The notes below the pieces were generated by a model. It was not told where the DNA came from, made no database searches, and was given only the letters and a program-made list of their open reading frames with translations. The translations under genes and the position numbers were made by a program. From contig NIVC01000546.1 in the NCBI GenBank assembly GCA_002269645.1, positions 282,395-346,394 of the forward strand: 64,000 bases of DNA, written 5' to 3'. Positions 57,187-64,000 of this stretch are shown piece after piece. The stretch is from Macrostomum lignano. Its lineage: Eukaryota. Each line of letters starts with the position of its first letter. Within the stretch, counting starts at the first letter, position 1.

Positions 57187-58631
57187 ATGTCACGGGCGCG
57201 TGGAGATAGGGTCGTAGAAGCTGTGTGCGCAGACGCCCCTGGTCAACCACCCTCGGCCGCTGACACCCCAGCAGTTGCCGCCCCCGCAGCCGCAATGGCC
57301 GCAGCCGCTGGTAACCAGGTCCCTCAGCCTCCAGAAGCAGTAGTAGTTGAGGAACCAGATGAAGGAGTAGCAGCTCCCGCTCCCAATCAGGGTGGCGCAG
57401 CAGCCGCCGCTGCTCCCCCGGACGCAGCCCAGAATCCTCCTCAGGCAGTCCCGCAGCTAGGAGACTTAGTTGCCGCTATAGCCAATGCGTTTAACCAGCT
57501 AAACATGGGCCAAGACGCCCAGAGGCCGAAAATCTACGTAGAAAAGTTCTCTCCCGGCGAACACTGTTTTGTGCAATGGGTAGAGAGAATGATCTACAAG
57601 CTGGACGCGGAGAGAACTGTAGGAGATCAGGCTAGGAAGCAGGTGCTCATCTCGCACCTCCCAGGTGAATTTCAGAACTTAGCCTTAGGATTGGACGGGC
57701 AATTGCCCTTTGAGCAGTTCGTATCTAGATTAGGAGAGCAGTTGGGCGAGGCCAACACTGATCTGGCTAAGAGAAATAAGCTGAAGAATCTGAGCCAGAA
57801 ACCCGGCCAATCACATAGTGCTTTTGCTGCTATGATAAGATCTCAGATAACGGCCATGTTTCCTCAGATTCAGGGTGAGCAGAGAGAACAAGAAATCGTG
57901 TACACCTACTTGGAACACGCTAAGCTCCCCCGCCAGGTCAGACAAGATCTGTTGAGCCGTCGCTGGCAGACAATTGAGCAGGTGTTAGAACAGCAGCAAG
58001 CCCTGTTAGAAGCCGCAGACTTAGCCGGGAAATGGGACAGTAGTGGCCCGCCCAGGTCTGAGTCCCGCACCGAAGTCCGTCTGCAACCTCAGCAGCCACC
58101 CAGGCCCCCTCGCAAGTGGGTCAGGATGGTGAACCAGGAAGCTGACGAGACGGAGGAGGACGGTGACGGCCTATCAGAGATGCAAGAGAGGTTGGGCGCG
58201 CTAGAGCAAACGCAAAAGGATCTGCGCAACCAGCTGGTGCAGCTCAATGAAACTATGAAGGCGACAGCAGAGTCTGTTGCCCAGCTGCCCCAGCAGATGA
58301 GGCCCCCTCGCCCCGCCACTCCCAACAGGAACTGGAGGCAGGGGCAGGGCGGCTCTAATAGCAGTAGGAACTGGCGCCAACCCCAGCCCCCGCCGCTTGC
58401 AATTCAGGAGGCGCCCACGCCGCCGGCGCCGGGTGTGCAGCAGCAGCAATTGCAGCTTCGTGCGCCACTGATCGCCATAGGCAAGATTTAGAGGAGTGGG
58501 GCAGAGATATGTTAGACGAGGCTACCAGGGAGAGGCAGGAGAGGCTCGCCCAGCTGCGCGCGCAAGCTCTGATGCCTCCTCCTTCCACGCCTGAAGAGCC
58601 CCCGGGTTCGGGAAACCCGTGGGAGGGCTGA
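57187..58631 (+). CDS. Retrotransposon Gag (capsid), with an apparent 1-nt frameshift near 58465
   Basis: ATG at 57187. Capsid-like core KFSPGEHCFVQWVERM...LKNLSQKPGQSHSAFAAMI. The first frame stops at 58491; a -1 frame open from 58368 to 58631 (QDLEEWGRDMLDEATRERQERL...) leads to the slippery site. No CCHC knuckle seen. Confidence 0.8.
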
Positions 58632-58672
58632 ATGGCCCGGCCCGAACTCAGCCCCGTTCCCTCTCTAGGGCC
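58610..58672 (+). other. -1 ribosomal frameshift signal: GGGAAAC plus predicted H-type pseudoknot
   Basis: G GGA AAC at 58610-58616 is in phase with the 58368-58631 frame. Stem 1 GGGCTGA(58625-31)/TCAGCCC(58648-54); stem 2 loop GGCCC with GGGCC(58668-72). A -1 slip enters the protease frame. Confidence 0.72.
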
Positions 58673-59134
58673 CAGCTTAACCTGCCACGTCCGCCCAGCA
58701 AGAAGTTTAGATTTGAGAAGGTACCCGATTTCTATCAGCCAAGACCAGCTAGAGGACAACGCGGGAGAGATATTGTTGTAGAGTTGCCAATTGAGAATGT
58801 TCCCACCCGCCTCCTGGTAGATGGGGGCAGTGCGCTGTCTTTGCTAACAGTCAAAGACTTTACTAAAATTACCGGACAGAGTGTGGAGGCCCTGGAGCCC
58901 CCATGTGTGAAGGCCGTGTCCTACACGGGCAATGAATTAGAGATGCTAGGCCAGGCCACCCTCACAGCAGTTATTGGGCTAGAAGAGGTGAGAATCCTCT
59001 TTCTGGTCGTTGGCAATTCAGCAGCAGTTTCCCTCCTGGGTAGTGCTTTTCTAGCCAGTACGCATGCTATCATAGACTATCGAACAGAAAAGGTTTACTT
59101 GCTAGGTGTGAGTCTCCCATTCGACCCCCGCTGA
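58613..59134 (+). CDS. Retropepsin-like aspartic protease (frameshift product), no downstream RT
   Basis: RLLVDGGSALSLL active-site region, VSYTGNELEMLGQATL flap and SLLGSAFL motif; stop at 59134. Confidence 0.85.
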   Translation, partial: KPVGGLNGPARTQPRSLSRAQLNLPRPPSKKFRFEKVPDFYQPRPARGQRGRDIVVELPIENVPTRLLVDGGSALSLLTVKDFTKITGQSVEALEPPCVKAVSYTGNELEMLGQATLTAVIGLEEVRILFLVVGNSAAVSLLGSAFLASTHAIIDYRTEKVYLLGVSLPFDPR

Positions 59135-59724
59135 GTAACAGATCGGTAGCTAGCCAGTGATTGCTTAATTCCCCCCCCCCCCGATTCGCGTGTCGAAATT
59201 TTGCTCGTGTTGCCCCGTTGGAGACCGCTTTTCGCGTATTTACGTATGCCCTCTATTACTCGAATTTATGTTGTGACCTCGTGCTCGTTGGTGTTGTTTA
59301 AATATCTAAGATTTTAGCTCGAAAATTAGGCCCGTACAGTATGCGTTAATTCCCTATCAGTAAATATTAACTTGGAAACTAGTAAAATTTCTATGGGTCT
59401 GCTCCACAGGAGGTCCTGCCCGCTGTTTAAGATTTTCTGGGAACAATGGAAGTCTGGGACCGTAGGAAATTAGCACCTTTAGGTCTGATTTCGTGTGTTT
59501 GTTCACACTTTGTGAAAGTCCGATTTTGGAAACTTTTAATTGGTTTCGATGAGGCAATAGGGGGGCATTCAATGTAATTAAGTTTATCAGGCAAATGGGG
59601 CAGCAATTAGTTTAGAGTAGGCCAGTGGTTTAGTCAATGTAAAGTCAGGTAAGTAATTAAAGTCAAGTTATGGGGACAGATAGTTCAGAATTAGTAAGTA
59701 AGTAAGCATTAAGAACCACCAGCA

Positions 59725-59985
59725 TCAGCAGTTGGGAAGCCGCAGAAATAGCTCCAAGAGCAGTAGCCAGTGCATTGTGAGACCGGCTATTAGGGCCGTC
59801 GACAGCACGACCAAATGCCAGGAGCCGTCGGTCTCCACCACAGGGGTTGGCAAGGGCTGTGGAGCGGCAGCCACGGGCGTCACCGCGGCGACCGGCGGCG
59901 GAGCGTGCGCTCGGGCTGACAACGGCGGTGGTACCGAATGCCAACCGGCCCCGGACGCTGGTTCGCTGGCGGCCGGCGGTCGCAT
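59725..59985 (-). CDS. Candidate antisense 86 aa Pro/Ala-rich protein with a C-terminal hydrophobic helix, inside the LTR element
   Basis: First ATG (GCCATG) of a predicted spliced antisense transcript (TATA 61050, donor 60944/3, acceptor 60131/0); hydrophobic segment WHLVVLSTALIAGLTMHWLLLLELFL. Confidence 0.35.
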   Translation of the reverse strand: MRPPAASEPASGAGWHSVPPPLSARAHAPPPVAAVTPVAAAPQPLPTPVVETDGSWHLVVLSTALIAGLTMHWLLLLELFLRLPNC

Positions 59986-61639
59986 GGCCCGGGAGCCGCG
60001 GCGCCTATGTCACCAGATGGCGCAGCCGGCCCAGAATCAGAGGGGGCGTCCGGCTCTGAATGGCTGTCTTCGGGCGCTTCGTAGTCGGACTCCTCTTCAA
60101 GGATGGGCTCGGCTACTAGCGGCCGGAATCCTGAAAATGAGAATTTAAGGGATGAGAAGGAAGTTAGGAACTAGCAATTATTAGGATGTAGATAGATGGG
60201 GATTTTAACTTTATGGCGTGTGGTAGTGGCCTTCTGGGGGTTTCTTCCTTTCTTCATTCCCTCTCCTTCTCTTGAGCTCTAGGTGATCAAGTAGTGGTAG
60301 CCTTATTCCCCGCCTTCTTTTAATATACACCTCAAGTGATGGCAGTTTTTCGTCTTCCTCTCCTCTGGTAGAAGGGCAAATGGTGACAGTTTCCCCGGCA
60401 ATCCACTCTAATTGGTGACGAGGTCCCTCTTTCTCTTCCCTGGTAATGTACAATGGTGGCAGTTTTCCCTAGCAACCTCTCTCAAAATGGTGGCGATCCT
60501 CCTTTTCTTTTCTTTAGTAATGCGCCAAGGTGGTGGTAGGTTCCCCTTTCTCTTTTATAATAGTACATCAAACTGGTGGCAGTCAAATTAATGATTAATT
60601 CCTCTTTCAAACTCTTTCGGCTGTTAAGTTTTTGAGGGTTTCGGAGATGTGAATGAGGCCTGTGTGTGTGTTTCTGTGTGTGCCACTATTTTTAATTTCA
60701 CTATTTTTCTAATAAAAACTTGTTTTTCTAATATGCCACCTTTTACTAATAATATACGAGTCTTTGTTGTGCGTCAATCAAATTCATAAAAATAAGTCTG
60801 TGTTGGCCTCTCACTCTTAGTACCGTAAGAAAAGACATATTGTACTACTACAGTTGGCTCAGTTTAATATGAAAGGCATGGCAAGTGGGTGGATTTCGTT
60901 TAACGTATAGGCGAAAGGAAATCAGGTTGGTGATGGGACTTACCGAGTAGTTGTATAGTTTGGAAAATCGCGCTGAGTGCCTTGGTTGGAAACTGCGACT
61001 CCGTGTAGGTTGCAGGCAGCCGGCTCCCGTTATCAGTGGCGCCTTTTATACAGTGGCCAGCGCACGGCGCGGCGCCTCCCAGCCTACAACCGATCGCCCC
61101 GAAGCCCTCTGACTGGCTGAAGCGGGGTCCGAGCCTTCAAGGACGCTAGGCCTCCGTGCGGTTGAACTCCCGGCGAAATTAGCTTATTAATTTACTGCGC
61201 TGCATTAGTATTTTTCCCCTGTGTAATCGTCATTCTCCCCGAGGCTCTGCCCTTGGCTGTGTGCTAGCAACCCTTCCCCCCCTTTTTTTTCCCCACTTCC
61301 CTCACCCTTCCCCGTTTCCTCTCTTTCCCAGCTGCGCTTCTATCCAATTATGATAATTTATTGTTGACAATTCGCTATTTTTCTCCCTACTATTGCGCTG
61401 TCTGTGTTTCCCCCCTCCCACTTTAGCCACAGCAACAGTTGAAATTTTTGAAATTCTGTATTGCACTCCAACCTATGTATCTCGTTTTGTGAATTTATTG
61501 CTATCCCCTCTATTTTATCGCCTTTTTCCATTCCCGCTCGCGGTTTGTTAATTCTGTGATTTCACGTTCGGTTGAGATCCCGCTCCCGTCTGTGTGGTTC
61601 CATGTTGGGCAGTGATGATGACGGAACCAGTTCCGTCAC

Positions 61640-61659
61640 AAAAGGCAGTGGGGGTGTGA
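61640..61659 (+). other. Polypurine tract
   Basis: AAAAGGCAGTGGGGGTGTGA directly before the second LTR. Confidence 0.7.
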
Positions 61660-63871
61660 TGTAACCACGCTCTGGTCGCGGGATAGGGCATGGGAACTTT
61701 TTCGAAAGTGCCTCCTATCCCGTGCACCCTCTGCACAGAGCTGTCGAGACTCGGCCAGGTCTCCGACCGGGCCTGGAGACTCCCGCTCTGCTGCACCCCT
61801 CCTGCTGCCTTGGTCCCGTCTCTCCTGCCGCCACACCTGCCTTTCCGGAGCCCCTACCCCTTTCTGTACCTCCCCCTCTACCCTATCTCTTCTGTTCCCG
61901 CCCTATTCTTCCTGTACTTTCTCTACCTCCTCCCTTTTTTTGTCTCCCTCTGCACTCTTTTCCTGCGCTGTCCCCTCTTTCCCTGTGTCTACTTACAGTA
62001 CTTTGTGTGCTCACCGTCTCCCCATCCCCTCTCAAACTCCCAAACGGTGACGCAAGTCGTGTGACCCCTTCTCCCCCTCGGTGACTCATCGATGACTCAT
62101 CCCCCTCTCTTGCGCAACCTTTTCTCACGCTATTGTTCTCCTTCCCAAATTTCTCATGTGACACCCACCCCACCTCCGCTTCTATTGTTCTCGTTTTTGC
62201 TTCTTTTGTTCTCTCGACCCCCACCAATTATCACATTTTCTCCGATTTTCTCTTTCTTTTGTTCTCGTTTTCGCACCTAATTATCACCTTTTCTCCAATG
62301 TTTACTTTTCCATTGTTCTCAGTTTTCCCCAATTATCCCCGATTTCCAATTCCTTTGTTCTCGACCCCAGCCCTATTGTTCTCAATGTTTGCTTGCGCAA
62401 CACTTTCGCGACCACCCGCTGCGCCAATTATCCCCCACCCCACCTCCGGATTGCGCAATTTCCCGATTTCTCATGTTGCTATGCCGGTCTCATGCTTCTC
62501 ATCATGACTCATTCTGACGTCATTCTGCCGGCAGCCAATCAGAGAGAGGGAGCCATGGTAACGACCTTGAGGAGGCGGCTGTGAGGTCTATAAAAGGAAG
62601 CGATTTCGGCATGAGAATACTCAACTGAGTTTATCTCTGTTCCTCTCCTCGTCCTTCTTTGGACTTGCTGTCAGATTGAGTTCTGACCCATTCGTCTATA
62701 AGACGAATCCCTGCCGGTCCCGCGGTCTGTTACCGCCAAGTTATCCTTAGCTCCCCAAGTGAGCTCGCCTATCGGCCAGCGGTCTGATACCGCCCCGCAT
62801 CATCAGCATCGCCTGATCTACATCAGCGCCTCGTCGCTCCAGCGCATCGCCGCTTCACCGTCTGCCTGACTGCAGCCTACAGCCGCCCTCGGTCACTCCG
62901 CCTCTCTCTCTCTCTGTGCAGCTGCCGGTAAGTTCCTGCTACTAATTTGTGCTCTAATTGCCTTTGCTTATCCGGGGTTTGCCTATTTTCCATTGTCTGA
63001 TTAGAGAGCTGAGCCAATTGTGATACCGTATCTTTTGCTGTATTTTACTCAATAGTGAAGCCGCCTAATTGCCTGCTTATTTGCCTAAGGGCCTAATTAT
63101 TAACTATTAACTAACTTCATCATTATTCAATCTTTCACCATCATTTCACTCATGGCTTGCTAAGCCTTTCTCCCGGGGTGGCAAAGCATAAGGAAGTTTG
63201 GGTAAGCTAATGGCCTCTCCCCGTGCAAAGCCCGCCTGTGAGTGCGTGCTGCGGGGCCGCGTGTGCGTGCAGTAGAGGGATTAGCGAGTCTTGGCACAGA
63301 ATGGCAGTAGGAAGGTTGCAACCCCATGCTAACGCGTCCCTTCGCCCTGAGCAATCTAAACTGTAGACAGTACATGTTCGCCTCATACTACTCTTAGTAA
63401 TCAAAGTCGCAAGTCAGCCTCGCTCACAGCCACAAAGGATCCCCTGCTGAGAAATCCTCCAGGATTGAGCCCAGAGTTCCCGATCATGCCCCAAGCAGAG
63501 TCCCTGTACTCGGCTGCATGCGTCTCCCCTGTTAGCCTAAATCCCCTGGTAACCAATCCAGGCGGGGCTCTAGCCTCGAGAGGTCTGGTAGAAAGATCCA
63601 GGTGCGCCAGGTCACATAGAGTGGTGGCAGCCACTCGGTCATACCATGACCGAGTGACCAACTATTGCACCTTGGCTACAGGTGGGGTCCATGTGGGTCC
63701 TTGGCCCTCTGGTCACGAAGCGCTACCAAAGCTACTAATCATGTGGGCGGGACAGTCTGGTGCTGGAGGTCCGTCAGGTCATTGCCCGGTCATAGGCAGC
63801 CTACGGTCATTGCCCCCTCTAGCCATGCGTTCGTCTCTCTACGGAGCGGACAGGCGACAAGGGCGGTTACA
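61660..63871 (+). repeat. Second (shared) LTR (2212 bp)
   Basis: Near-identical to 52623-54832; preceded by the PPT and followed by a PBS. Confidence 0.93.
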
Positions 63872-64000
63872 TCAAAATGGTGGCAGCGGTGGGATCTGGT
63901 GCAAACAGTGCTGAGTTTCGGACTGGTGGTTTAGATGTGACAAGCGCACCTGTGGCATCCCTCAGAATGGTGGCCGAAGCGCAAAGAGTGCCATGTCTAA
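63872..64000 (+). mobile_element. Start of a second internal region (PBS at 63878-63895) of a tandem LTR element
   Basis: Matches 54833-54961, including TGGTGGCAGCGGTGGGAT. Confidence 0.9.

Larger units (their letters stand above)
52623..63871 (+). mobile_element. Ty3/Gypsy-like non-autonomous LTR retrotransposon (LTR-gag-protease-LTR, 11.2 kb), followed by the start of another internal region
   Basis: Two ~2.2 kb LTRs with TGTAACC...GGTTACA termini, tRNA-Leu PBS, PPT, gag and aspartic protease ORFs. No RT/RH/IN motifs seen. Confidence 0.93.

Noticed and set aside
58820-58831. Protease DGGS as an inactivating mutation
   Set aside because: DGGS instead of D(T/S)G occurs in some gypsy-type proteases, so it does not show inactivity.

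Overview
Eukaryotic (animal) genomic DNA: GC-rich exons with GT-AG introns embedded in many unrelated mini- and microsatellites. The style resembles the flatworm Macrostomum lignano, but this is an inference and was not verified. Six recognisable genes: ankyrin-type L-asparaginase ASPG (-), glutaminase GLS (-), a DEG/ENaC channel (+), ARMC7 (-), ATG10 (-) and an NCLX/SLC8B1-like exchanger (-). There is also one weak two-exon ORF. Mobile DNA: a decayed Tc1/IS630-like transposase, a truncated PIF/Harbinger element with TIRs, a hAT MITE with an 8-bp TSD and two inverted-repeat elements. From 52623 to the window end lies a very young tandem LTR retrotransposon (2.2-kb LTRs, tRNA-Leu PBS, PPT). It encodes only Gag and a protease, reached via a PEG10-like GGGAAAC -1 slippery site with a predicted pseudoknot, and has no RT, RNase H or integrase. 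It also carries a candidate spliced antisense gene and an array of PBS-like motifs. This element is the strongest novelty candidate. Next are a G-U-compatible inverted repeat bracketing the large ENaC exon (circRNA-type architecture) and the ASPG-GLS tandem pair. All alignments, counts and gene models were made by eye.
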